DNA of 64,000 bases from Pseudomonadota bacterium (lineage in GTDB: Bacteria > Myxococcota_A > UBA9160 > PR03), in contig QEVM01000013.1 in assembly GCA_003576805.1 (NCBI GenBank), forward strand, positions 1,221 through 65,220, given 5' to 3'. Both the position numbers and the translations under genes were made by a program. The notes under the pieces were generated by a model. The model saw nothing but the letters and a program-made list of their open reading frames with translations. It did not search any database and was not told the origin of the DNA. Of this stretch, positions 25,684 to 34,743 are shown one piece after another. How positions within the stretch are numbered: position 1 is the stretch's first letter; each line of letters starts with the position of its first letter.

Positions 25684-28182
25684 TCAGTGCCGGACGATGG
25701 GACGGTCGGCCTTGCCGACCACGATGCGCTCGCCGAGCCACGCCCACAGGATCGGCGCGATCACGCCGCTGAACACGAAGCAGAGCAGCAGCACGAGGCC
25801 CATGCCGAAGCCGACGTAGCCGATGTAGAGCGGGATCAGCGCCAGCGACCAGCAGCCGAGGATCAGCGCGCCGTTCGAGACCATCAGCGCGCGCCGGATC
25901 TTCACGAAGGCCTGCACCAGCGCTTCGCGGAAGTTGCCGATCTTCGCGTACTCCTCTCTCACCCGGTAGAGCAGGTACACCTCCGAGTCGATGCCGACGC
26001 CGCTCGCGATCGCGAGCGCGGCCGCGGTGTTCGAGTTCAGCTCGATGCCGAGGTGGATCATGATGCCGACCGAGGCGAGCGTGCCGAGGATCAGCGGAAC
26101 GATCAGCAGCGTCGGCAGCAGCACCGAGCCGATGAACGGGATCGACAGCAGCACGGTGCCGGCGAAGCCGAGCACCGTGCCGACGATCAGCCAGTACTTG
26201 ACGTGGTGGTTGAACGCGCCCGCGAGGCCGAGCGCGCCGCCGGCCATCGTGAGCTGCACGCCGCTCGCCTCGTCGGGGTTCCAGTCGGCGAGGAACGCCT
26301 GCGCGCGATCGAGCGCCTTGGTGACCGTTTCCTGTTTCGTGTCGGTGACCATCGCGACCATCATCGCGCGCTTGTAGGTGGGGTCGACGATCGCGTCGAA
26401 CGCGCCCGCCGTGCCGCCGGTGTAGAAGTAGAGCGCCTCGTTGATGGCCATCTGGCCGCGTTCGCCGGTCGGGATCTCGAACGCCTGGTCCTGGTCCTCG
26501 TTCAGGAAGCGGTTCATCACCTTGATGTACAAGGGCAGGCCCACGACGGCGCTGACCTCGGGCATCTCCTCCATGTAGCGGGTGAACTCCTCGAGCTTGG
26601 TGAGCGCTTCGGGCGTCTTCACCGAGCCGGGCTCGGGGCCCTCCGCGAGCACGGTCAGCGCGTACACGCCGCCGAACTTCGCGACGATCTCCCGCTCCAT
26701 CTGATAGATCTCGCTGCGTTCCCAGGAGTCGGTCAGGAAGTTGTGGATGGCGTAGGTGTTGTCCTGGCCGACCGGCGTGCGCGCGATGTCCCACGACAGC
26801 ACGAGTGTGAGCAGGAAGCACGCTCCGATCAGGAGCTGCCCGAACAGCGGCCTGCTGATGATGGTGCGCACCATGTTCGCGAGCCAGAGATCGAAGCCCT
26901 TCATCTCCGAGTCGGCCTGCTCGTCCAGGTTCGCGCCGAGCTGCGTGCGCTCGATCTCGCGGATGCCGACCGAGGAGAGCGCCGGAATCATCAGCACGAA
27001 CTCGTCGAAGGTCAGCGACGCCAGTCCGAGCCCCGCGACGATGCCGAGCTGCTGCACGTTCTCGAACGGGATCACCGCCATCACGGCGAACGGCACGAGG
27101 TCGCACAGCAGCGAGATCAGCATCGGCCGCAGCCGCGACACGAAGGTCGTGACGATCGCGTCCTCGGTGTTGCGCAGGCGCGGATACTCCTCGCGGAAGT
27201 AGCGCGTCAGGAACTGCACCGAGTGGCAGGCGCCGGCCGCGATCACGATGAACGGCGCCAGCAGCACCGCCGCCGAGTAGAGCACGTCGCCGAAGAAGAG
27301 CCGGTAGAGGCCGAAGCCCATCAGCGCGCCGAGGATCGCGACGCGCATCGGCAGGAACACGCCGCTGAAGGTGCGGAACGCGTACCAGAGCGTCGCGCCG
27401 ATGATCAGCAGGAAGACCAGCATCGCGCCGGCCACGTACGGCAGGCCGTCGCTGTTCACCCAGCCGATGATGATCGGCGAGCCGGCGGCGGTGACGTCGT
27501 GCACCGCGTCGCGCTCGGGCGCGATGATCTGCTGGATCTCGCGGTAGATCTCGATCGGGTCGGTGGCCGGCAGCTCCATGCCGGTCGCCGACACCGTCTT
27601 CACCGTGCGGAAGTCGGCCTGGATGATCACCGACGACCAGTCGGGCGAGACCAGCGCGCCCATCAGGGTCGCGTTGTTCTCGATGCCGAACTTGACGCGC
27701 TCGAGCTCCTCGGGCGTCTCCGGCGCGCGCGTCGCGTCCTGGAAGAGCACGCCCGCGTCGAGCATGTCGGCGGTGCCGCGCAGGTAGCGGGAGTTGATGC
27801 TCGAGAGCGAGCGCACGGCGTAGGGAATGACGCCGTGCACCTCGAGCAGCTGGTCGGTGATGCGCTTGACCTTGGTGAGCGTCTCGTGGTTGACGATCGA
27901 CGACCCGTCCTTGCGGGAGATCATGATCGTCACGAGGTTCGCGCCGCCGAAGTCGCGCTGGAGCTGGTCGTTGAGCTGGACGTACGGGTCGTAGTTGGGC
28001 GGCCAGCGGTTCGGGTCGTCGTGGAGCTTGAGGCCGGAGATCGCCCAGATGCACAGGGCCATCACCACGAGCTGGAGCACCAGCGCGCTGCGCCGGTGCT
28101 TGATCAGGAAGCGGGCCAGCTTGGCGAGCCGGAGGTCCCACCCCGAGTAGAGCTCTTCGTCCTTGATCCGACGCGGTTCCAT
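25684..28182 (-). CDS. MMPL/RND-superfamily transporter
   Basis: ORF trimmed to ATG 28182 (GAGGGA upstream). 832 aa with two blocks of about 6 TM segments separated by large loops, the pattern of MMPL / HpnN-like exporters. Confidence 0.8.
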   Translation of the reverse strand: MEPRRIKDEELYSGWDLRLAKLARFLIKHRRSALVLQLVVMALCIWAISGLKLHDDPNRWPPNYDPYVQLNDQLQRDFGGANLVTIMISRKDGSSIVNHETLTKVKRITDQLLEVHGVIPYAVRSLSSINSRYLRGTADMLDAGVLFQDATRAPETPEELERVKFGIENNATLMGALVSPDWSSVIIQADFRTVKTVSATGMELPATDPIEIYREIQQIIAPERDAVHDVTAAGSPIIIGWVNSDGLPYVAGAMLVFLLIIGATLWYAFRTFSGVFLPMRVAILGALMGFGLYRLFFGDVLYSAAVLLAPFIVIAAGACHSVQFLTRYFREEYPRLRNTEDAIVTTFVSRLRPMLISLLCDLVPFAVMAVIPFENVQQLGIVAGLGLASLTFDEFVLMIPALSSVGIREIERTQLGANLDEQADSEMKGFDLWLANMVRTIISRPLFGQLLIGACFLLTLVLSWDIARTPVGQDNTYAIHNFLTDSWERSEIYQMEREIVAKFGGVYALTVLAEGPEPGSVKTPEALTKLEEFTRYMEEMPEVSAVVGLPLYIKVMNRFLNEDQDQAFEIPTGERGQMAINEALYFYTGGTAGAFDAIVDPTYKRAMMVAMVTDTKQETVTKALDRAQAFLADWNPDEASGVQLTMAGGALGLAGAFNHHVKYWLIVGTVLGFAGTVLLSIPFIGSVLLPTLLIVPLILGTLASVGIMIHLGIELNSNTAAALAIASGVGIDSEVYLLYRVREEYAKIGNFREALVQAFVKIRRALMVSNGALILGCWSLALIPLYIGYVGFGMGLVLLLCFVFSGVIAPILWAWLGERIVVGKADRPIVRH

Positions 28183-28431
28183 GTTCCCTCGTCCCGCACC
28201 AGTGCCCGGCACCTGCGAGATTTCGCGACCCCGATCCGCTGCGACCCACGAATCGCCGCGGACGCCTGGGACGCCCGCCTCGATGCCCGGGATTCCGTTC
28301 TCCGATGGGGCGGAGGCGTCCGATCTCGCGACCCCGCCGCGAAATCTCGCCAGCTCGCGACATACCGCGCGGCTTTTGGCGATGGTTCGCGAATCGGGCC
28401 GGCTGGATCGTCCGGAGTCCGCCGTTCTCGG

Positions 28432-29244
28432 CTACGCAGCCACCTCTTGCAAGAATCGCAGCACACTCGCGTTGAACGCGCTGGGATCCTCGGCGTACCC
28501 GATGTGCCCGACGTTCGGGAGCTCGACGAGCGCGGCGTGCGGAAGCCGGCGAGCGAGATCGCGGCCGCCCTCGGGCGGAATCACCAGGTCGCGTCCTCCG
28601 ACGACGACGAGCGCGGGAGCTTCGATTTCGCGACAGCGGTCGGTCCAGTCGAAGCGGCCGAGTCCTTCGACCAGCACCTGCTCGTAGGCGCGCGCGTCGT
28701 TGCGCGCGAGGATGCCGACGAGCCAACGCTGCACGGCCGGGTCGGCCGGCTGCGCGAGCGCCTGGGCCGCGACCAGCTCCGCGTAGCGCTCCATCGGGTC
28801 GCGCCGCAGCACCGCGATCCGCGACTCGACGATGTCGCGCGGGATCGTCATGCGCGCGCTGGTCTGCGCGAGCACGAGGCGGTCCACGCGCGCCGGGTGC
28901 AGCGTCGCCACGACCTGCGCGACGAAGCCGCCCATCGACGCGCCGAGCAGGTGGGCGCGCTCGAGGCCGAGCTGGTCGAGCACCGCCACGACGTCGGCCG
29001 CCATCTCGGCGATCGCGTACGCGCCGGGCGCGGTCGGACGCGACGAGCGGCCGAAGCCGCGCAGGTCGAGCGCGACGAGCCGGAGGTGCGCGCCGAGCGG
29101 CCCGATCTGGTGTTTCCAGAGCGCGGACGAGGTGCCGAGCCCGTGCAGCAGCACGAGCGGCGGGCCGGCGCCCCACTGGCTCACGTGGATGCCGACGTCG
29201 CCGCGCCGCACGCGGACCGACTCCTCGAACGAACCGGGGCTCAT
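28432..29244 (-). CDS. alpha/beta hydrolase, NicD-like (candidate N-formylmaleamate deformylase)
   Basis: ORF trimmed to ATG 29244, which overlaps the upstream stop (ATGA). HGLGTSS oxyanion region, nucleophile elbow GASMGG, C-terminal NVGH. The functional call rests on context with the NicF- and NicX-like genes. Confidence 0.7.
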   Translation of the reverse strand: MSPGSFEESVRVRRGDVGIHVSQWGAGPPLVLLHGLGTSSALWKHQIGPLGAHLRLVALDLRGFGRSSRPTAPGAYAIAEMAADVVAVLDQLGLERAHLLGASMGGFVAQVVATLHPARVDRLVLAQTSARMTIPRDIVESRIAVLRRDPMERYAELVAAQALAQPADPAVQRWLVGILARNDARAYEQVLVEGLGRFDWTDRCREIEAPALVVVGGRDLVIPPEGGRDLARRLPHAALVELPNVGHIGYAEDPSAFNASVLRFLQEVAA

Positions 29245-29894
29245 GCGCGCTCCTCCGCGCGGGCGCCGACCGCCTCGAGGTTCGCGAGCGCCGCGGCGAG
29301 CGCGAGCACGTCGGCGTACTTGGCGTCGAGGTCGAACAGGCTCGCGGCGTGCGGGCCGGCGGCGCGGTCGCCGACGGCCTCGCGCACCACGATCGTGCGG
29401 AAGCCGTGCTGGCAGGCGTCCACCGCCGACGCGCGCACGCAGCCGGACGTCGTGCAGCCCGCGATCAGCAGCGTGTCGATGCGATCGGCCACGAGCGCCG
29501 CCGCGAGCCCCGTGCCGAAGAACGCGCTCGCGCCCTTCTTCACCCACGTCACCTCGTCCGCGCGCGGCGCCAGGCGCGCGTCGACCTCGATCCAGCAGCT
29601 CCCGTGGGTGAGCCAGGCGAGCGACGGGATCTTGCGCACGAACGGTCCGCCTTCGGGCGCGCCGCTCGCGTAGGCGATCGTCGTGAAGTGCACCGGCCAG
29701 CCGCGCGCGCGCGTCGCCGCGAGCAGCTCCTGCGCGGCGGCGACCTCGGCGTCGAGGTTCGCGCCGAGCGGGCAGGCGGGATCGGTGAAGCCGCGGATCA
29801 GGTCGACCAGCAACAGCGCCGGCCGCTCGCCGAAGCCGACGCGGCCCGCCAGCCCGCGCTCGCGGTAGAGCGCGCGCGTCGCGGCCTCGTCCAC
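29241..29894 (-). CDS. isochorismatase-family cysteine hydrolase, NicF-like (candidate maleamate amidohydrolase)
   Basis: GTG start. Triad context LLLVDLIRGF (Asp), VKKGASAFFGT (Lys), IAGCTTSGCVRAS (Cys). The functional call rests on context. Confidence 0.7.
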   Translation of the reverse strand: MDEAATRALYRERGLAGRVGFGERPALLLVDLIRGFTDPACPLGANLDAEVAAAQELLAATRARGWPVHFTTIAYASGAPEGGPFVRKIPSLAWLTHGSCWIEVDARLAPRADEVTWVKKGASAFFGTGLAAALVADRIDTLLIAGCTTSGCVRASAVDACQHGFRTIVVREAVGDRAAGPHAASLFDLDAKYADVLALAAALANLEAVGARAEERA

Positions 29895-29895
29895 G

Positions 29896-32247
29896 CTAGA
29901 CGCTCCGCTGCGCGGCGAGCGCGAGCACGCGCTCGGGCGAGAGCGGCAGCTCGCAGGCGCGCACGCCGAGCGCGTCGCCCACCGCGTTGGCGAGCGCGCC
30001 GAAGGGCGCGATCGCGCCGCCCTCGCCGGCGCCCTTGAAGCCGCCCGGCACGAGCGGCGACGGCGTCTCGACGTGCCCGATCTCGATGAACGGCACGTCG
30101 GCCGCGCTCGGCAGCAGGTAGTCCATGAGCGAGCTGGTGAGGATCTGGCCGGCGTCGTCGTAGAGGATGTGCTCGAGCATGGCGCCGCCGAGGCCCTGCG
30201 CGACGCCGCCCGTGATCTGTCCGTCCACGACCATCGGATTGATCATCTTCCCGCAGTCCTCGACGACGATGTAGCGGAGGATGTCCACCTTGCCGGTCTG
30301 CACGTCCACCTCCACCACCGCGACGTGCGTCGCGTTCGGGAAGGTGACCGGCGGCGGGTCCCAGTACGTCGTCTGGTCGAGGCCGGGCTCCTCGCCCGCG
30401 GGCAGCTCGGCGGCCGCCGTGAAGATCGCGCGCTTGGCGAGCGCGGAGATCTCGATGTAGCGCGCCGGCGCGCCGCGCAGCTGCGCGCGGCCGCCCACGA
30501 GCTCGATCTCCTCGGGCGCGACCTCGAGGAAGTGGCCGGCGACGCGCTTCAGCTTGCTCGCCAGCTTGCGGCCCGCCAGCGTGATCGCGCCGCCGGCGGT
30601 GACGGCGCCGCGGCTGCCCCAGGTGCCCCAGCCGTACGGCGACTCGCGCGTGTCGCCGAGCCGCACCGCGATGCGCTCCATCGGGATGCCGAGCTCGTCG
30701 GACGCGATCTGCGCGTAGACCGTCTCGTGCGCCTGGCCCTCCGAGTGGGTGCCGCAGAACAGCGTCACGTCGCCCGACGGCTCGATGCGGATGTTGACGG
30801 ACTCGTACGCGGACATCGGGACGCCGATGCCGTACCAGTACTTCGAGCCGAGCGCGGTGATCTCGTTGTAACAGGAGAAGCCGATGCCGCGGTACACGCC
30901 GCGCGCGCGCAGCTCCGCCTGCTCCTTGCGGAACGCCTGGTAGTCGGCCGCGACGGCGGCCTTCTCGAGGCACTCGACGTAGCTGCCGATCTCGTACTCC
31001 ATGCCCGTCACCGAGCGGTACGGGAACTCCTCGGGCCGCAGCAGATTGCGGCGGCGGATCTCGACCGGGTCGAGCCCGAGCGCGGCGGCGCCCTCGTCGA
31101 GCAGGCCCTCCATCACGAAGGTGCCGATCGGCGCGCCGACGCCGCGGTAGACGCTGAGCGTGCTCTTGTTGGTCGCGACCGAGGACGCGCTGAACGCGTA
31201 GGTCTGGAAGCGGTACGGCCCGGGGAGCATCTGCGCCATGTGCAGCACTTCGAAGGCGGAGGTCCACGGGAACGCGCTGTAGGCGCCGATGTCGGCGAGC
31301 GCCTTCACGCGCGCCGCGAGGATCTGGCCGTCGGCGTCGAGGGCGATCTCGGCGTCGACGATCTCCTCCTTGGCGTGGAACGAGCTGATCAGGCTCTCGC
31401 GCCGGTCCTCGAGCCAGCGCACCGGGCGGCCGAGCTTCATCGCCATCGCCGCGACCACCGCCTCCTCCGGGAAGAAGTGGCACTTCAAGCCGAAGCCGCC
31501 GCCGACGTCGGGCGCGATCACGCGCACCTTGTTCTCGGGATGGCCGAGGTGCTCGGCGAGCTTGGTGCGCACCATGTGCTGCATCTGCGACGAGGTCCAC
31601 AGCGTCAGCTCGCCGGAGACGCGCTCGTAGTGCGCGAGGCAGCCGCGCGTCTCGAGCGGCAGCGCGTGATGGCGGCCGGTGCGGAAGCGCCGGCGCACCA
31701 CCGCCTTGGCGCGCGCGAACGCGCCGTCGACGTCGCCGCTCGCGAAGTCGGTGTGGCACAGCACGTTGTCGCCCCACTCGTCGTGCACCAGGTTCGTGCG
31801 GTCGGCGAGCGCGGCCTCGGGATCCACCACCGCCGGCAACGGCTCGAGATCGACCTCGACGAGCGCGGCGGCGTCCTCGGCGACGTAGCGGTTGGTCGCG
31901 GCGACCGCGACGATCGCCTCGCCCGCCCAGCGCACCTTGCCGCTCGCGAGCGGCGTCCAGGCGCACGGCTTGTAGGTCGGGTTCTTCTCCGGATCGAGGT
32001 CGGCGCGCAGCGGCGCGAGCCGGTCGGCGAGGTCGCTCCACGCGAAGACCGCCTCGACGCCCGGCAGCGCGCGCGCGGCGGCGGTGTCGATCGCTCGCAG
32101 CTTCGCGTGCGCGTGCGTGCTGCGCAGGAACGCGACCTCGAGCATGCCCGGCATCGACATGCCGCCGAGGTAGCGGCCTTCGCCGAGCAGGTAGCGCGCG
32201 TCCTCGACGCGCTTCACGCGGGCGCCCACGAGCTTGCCGGTCGTCAT
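29896..32247 (-). CDS. xanthine-dehydrogenase-family molybdopterin-binding large subunit (L1, no adjacent FAD/FeS partners)
   Basis: ORF trimmed to ATG 32247 (AGGAG upstream). VKRVEDARYLLGEG, DVGGGFGLKCHFFPEE, VYRGVGAP and FKGAGEGG blocks. 783 aa. Confidence 0.9.
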   Translation of the reverse strand: MTTGKLVGARVKRVEDARYLLGEGRYLGGMSMPGMLEVAFLRSTHAHAKLRAIDTAAARALPGVEAVFAWSDLADRLAPLRADLDPEKNPTYKPCAWTPLASGKVRWAGEAIVAVAATNRYVAEDAAALVEVDLEPLPAVVDPEAALADRTNLVHDEWGDNVLCHTDFASGDVDGAFARAKAVVRRRFRTGRHHALPLETRGCLAHYERVSGELTLWTSSQMQHMVRTKLAEHLGHPENKVRVIAPDVGGGFGLKCHFFPEEAVVAAMAMKLGRPVRWLEDRRESLISSFHAKEEIVDAEIALDADGQILAARVKALADIGAYSAFPWTSAFEVLHMAQMLPGPYRFQTYAFSASSVATNKSTLSVYRGVGAPIGTFVMEGLLDEGAAALGLDPVEIRRRNLLRPEEFPYRSVTGMEYEIGSYVECLEKAAVAADYQAFRKEQAELRARGVYRGIGFSCYNEITALGSKYWYGIGVPMSAYESVNIRIEPSGDVTLFCGTHSEGQAHETVYAQIASDELGIPMERIAVRLGDTRESPYGWGTWGSRGAVTAGGAITLAGRKLASKLKRVAGHFLEVAPEEIELVGGRAQLRGAPARYIEISALAKRAIFTAAAELPAGEEPGLDQTTYWDPPPVTFPNATHVAVVEVDVQTGKVDILRYIVVEDCGKMINPMVVDGQITGGVAQGLGGAMLEHILYDDAGQILTSSLMDYLLPSAADVPFIEIGHVETPSPLVPGGFKGAGEGGAIAPFGALANAVGDALGVRACELPLSPERVLALAAQRSV

Positions 32248-32290
32248 GTCGTTCGCTCCTGCTGCTGATTCGAGAGAGTTCGAAACGCGC

Positions 32291-32320
32291 ATTCTCCGTG
32301 CATCGAACGAGGCACGTCAA
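32291..32320 (-). promoter_or_regulatory. sigma70-like promoter candidate for the L1 / nicF-like / nicD-like operon
   Basis: On the minus strand TTGACG (32320-32315), 18 nt, GAGAAT (32296-32291), about 45 nt upstream of ATG 32247. Confidence 0.4.
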
Positions 32321-32333
32321 GCGCACCAGCAAG

Positions 32334-32371
32334 CTCGCGACTATTCGCGAGGCTTCGTGAATAGTCGCGAG
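32334..32371. promoter_or_regulatory. perfect 13-bp inverted repeat (candidate operator) centred between divergent promoters
   Basis: CTCGCGACTATTC-gcgaggcttcgt-GAATAGTCGCGAG. Exactly 13 nt separate it from the -35-like hexamer on each side. Confidence 0.55.
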
Positions 32372-32384
32372 CGTCGTTGCGGGG

Positions 32385-32414
32385 TTGACTCGCCGCGAAC
32401 GAGCGATTCACAAT
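32385..32414 (+). promoter_or_regulatory. sigma70-like promoter candidate for the Rieske / nicX-like operon
   Basis: TTGACT (32385-32390), 18 nt, CACAAT (32409-32414), about 80 nt upstream of the proposed TTG start at 32493. Confidence 0.4.
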
Positions 32415-32492
32415 GCACGCGTCGCATCGCGCAGCGCGCGCGATCGGCAGCAGCTCTCCAAGCGAAGCCTCCAAGCCCGAGGAGCTCGAACG

Positions 32493-33683
32493 TTGACGGC
32501 CGCCACGCATCGCCCTTCCGCTCCGACGACACTCGACTTCAGCGGCATTCGCGCCGACCTGCTGCACGCGCGGCATCTGCCGGGACGCTTCTACACGTCG
32601 CCGGAGATCTTCGAGCTCGAGATCGAGCGCCTGTTCCTGCGCGAATGGATCTGTGTAGGCCGCGTCGAGCAGTACCAGAAGGCGGGCGACTACCGCGCGC
32701 TGCGCATCGCCAACGAGCCGCTCGTCGTCGTGCGCGACGAGCAGGGCAACCTGAACGCCTTCGCCAACGTGTGCGCGCACCGCGGCGTCGAGGTCGTGAC
32801 GGGCGAGGGCAACGTCGACCGCTTCACCTGCCCGTACCACGCCTGGGTCTACAAGCTCGACGGCACGCTCGCCGGCGCGCCCTACAGCAAGGACGTCGAG
32901 GGCTTCGACTGGAAGAGCTGCCGGCTGCCGCGGCTGCGGCTCGACACCTGGGGCGGCTACGTGTTCGTGAACTTCGACCCGGACGCGGCGGAGCTCGGCG
33001 CCTTCCTCGACGACGACCGCATCCGCGAGGTGGCGGGCTTCCTGCACCCGGAGCGCACGCGTCTCGCGGACGAGTACAGCTTCGAGGTCGACTGCAACTG
33101 GAAGTTCATTCCCGAGAACCTGATGGACATGTATCACGTGGGTGTCATCCACGCGAAGTCCTTCGGCGCGTACTTCCCGGTGAAGAACTTCGACTACCGG
33201 CTCACCAAGTGGGGCTACCACGCGGAGTACGAGAGCCTGACGATGGCGCCCGACGGCGCGCGCCTGTTCGAGACGATGGAGTGGCTGAAGGAGAAGCCGG
33301 AGTACTTCGCCTTCACCTTCTTCTTCCGGCCGGGCTTCAACATGTTCGCGCGGCCCGACATGCTCCAGCCCTGGATCACGCACCCGATCTCGCCGAACAA
33401 GACGCGCGTCACGATCTACACGCAGTATCCGGAAGGGCACTTCTCGATGCCTGCGTTCGCGCAGAAGCACGACCTGGTGAAGGAGTTCATCCGGCTCGTG
33501 GCGAACGAGGACCTCGCGATGCTGCGCTCGCTGCAGAACGGCGTCGGCTCGCGCGCCTTCGTGCCGGGCCCGACGGTGAAGCTCGAGAAGGCGATCCATC
33601 ACATGCTGAACCGCTACCTCGACCGGATGTTCGGCCCGGAGGCGAAGGCCGTGGACGCCGCCGAGCTCGCCGGGCGGGCCTAG
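32493..33683 (+). CDS. Rieske non-heme iron oxygenase, alpha subunit
   Basis: Rieske motif CAHRGVEV...CPYHAW and mononuclear-iron motif NLMDMYHVGVIH (DxxHxxxxH). Start placed at TTG 32493, 8 nt after GAGGAG. The ORF track start at 32385 is itself the -35-like TTGACT. Confidence 0.85.
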   Translation: MTAATHRPSAPTTLDFSGIRADLLHARHLPGRFYTSPEIFELEIERLFLREWICVGRVEQYQKAGDYRALRIANEPLVVVRDEQGNLNAFANVCAHRGVEVVTGEGNVDRFTCPYHAWVYKLDGTLAGAPYSKDVEGFDWKSCRLPRLRLDTWGGYVFVNFDPDAAELGAFLDDDRIREVAGFLHPERTRLADEYSFEVDCNWKFIPENLMDMYHVGVIHAKSFGAYFPVKNFDYRLTKWGYHAEYESLTMAPDGARLFETMEWLKEKPEYFAFTFFFRPGFNMFARPDMLQPWITHPISPNKTRVTIYTQYPEGHFSMPAFAQKHDLVKEFIRLVANEDLAMLRSLQNGVGSRAFVPGPTVKLEKAIHHMLNRYLDRMFGPEAKAVDAAELAGRA

Positions 33684-33691
33684 GAGGAACG

Positions 33692-34726
33692 ATGCCGCGC
33701 GCGGGTACCAACATGGTGGAGCTGTTCCGCGAGGAGCTCGAGCTGTGCGGCGTCGGCCCCGGCGAACGCGTGGCCGTGCTCTCCGAGGGCGACCAGCTCC
33801 GCGACTACGCGGAAGCCTTCCTCACCGCGGCGCGCGCGCTCGGCGCCGACGTCGAGGACGTGAACCTGCGCTCCGACGGCGCGAAGAGCGCGAGCGAGCG
33901 CATCGCGCACCTCGGCAAGAACTCGCTCACGGGCGATCGCGCCGCGATGGAGACGCTGAAGGCCGCCGACCTCGTCGTCGACCACATGCTGCTGCTCTTC
34001 TCGCGCGAGCAGATCGAGATCCAGGAGGCCGGCACGCGCATGCTGCTGGTGGTCGAGCCCTTCGAGGTCCTCGAGCGGCTCTTCCCGAGCGAGGACCTGC
34101 GCCGGCGCGTCGAGGCGGGCGAGGCGCGGCTCGCGAAGGCGCGCACGCTGCGCTTCACCAACGCCGCGGGCACCGACGTCACCTATCAGCTCGGCGAGCG
34201 CCCGATCCTCACCGAGTACGGCTACACCGACACGCCCGGGCGTTGGGACCACTGGCCGGGCGGCTTCCTCTCGACGATCGGCGCGAAGGGGCGCGGCGAA
34301 GGGCGCGTCGTGATGGACCGCGGCGACATCGTGTACCCGCACAAGCGCATGCTCGGGGAGCCGGTGGAGTTCGTGGTGCGCGACGGCGCGGTCGCCGACA
34401 TCCGCGGCGGCGCCGAGGCGGCGGAGCTGCGCAAGTTCATGGAGTCGTACCAGGACCCGCGCGCCTACGCGCTCTCGCACATCGGCTGGGGCCTCAACGA
34501 CCGCTGCGAGTGGACGGTCGAGCGGCCCGGCATCGGGATGGACGGCCGCGCCTACTACGGCAACGTGCTGTTCTCGCTCGGGCCGGACACCGAGTTCGGC
34601 GGCGACAACGACACCGAGTGCCACCTCGACCTGCCGATGCGGCGCTGCTCGCTGTGGCTCGACGACGAGCTGATCGTGAAGGACGGCGAGGTCATCCCCG
34701 AAGACATGCGCGCGCCGGGTCGCTGA
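33692..34726 (+). CDS. nicX: 2,5-dihydroxypyridine 5,6-dioxygenase-like (NicX / M29-aminopeptidase-fold family)
   Basis: TAGGAGGAACG-ATG. Blocks AADLVVDHMLLLFSREQIEIQEAGTRMLLVVEPFEVLERLFPSED, EYGYTDTPGRWDHWPGGF, SHIGWGL, GRAYYGNVLFSLGP and CHLDLPMRRCSLWLDD agree with my recollection of Pseudomonas putida NicX. Confidence 0.75.
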   Translation: MPRAGTNMVELFREELELCGVGPGERVAVLSEGDQLRDYAEAFLTAARALGADVEDVNLRSDGAKSASERIAHLGKNSLTGDRAAMETLKAADLVVDHMLLLFSREQIEIQEAGTRMLLVVEPFEVLERLFPSEDLRRRVEAGEARLAKARTLRFTNAAGTDVTYQLGERPILTEYGYTDTPGRWDHWPGGFLSTIGAKGRGEGRVVMDRGDIVYPHKRMLGEPVEFVVRDGAVADIRGGAEAAELRKFMESYQDPRAYALSHIGWGLNDRCEWTVERPGIGMDGRAYYGNVLFSLGPDTEFGGDNDTECHLDLPMRRCSLWLDDELIVKDGEVIPEDMRAPGR

Positions 34727-34743
34727 GAGCCGAACGCCGACGC

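Noticed and set aside
32310-32326. GGCACG-tcaa-GCGCA as a third sigma54 promoter (plus strand) upstream of the Rieske gene
   Set aside because: The -12 element lacks the TT. The same bases are the complement of the TTGACG -35-like box of the leftward promoter. The inverted repeat would then fall downstream of the start site. The sigma70-like symmetric model explains the region better.
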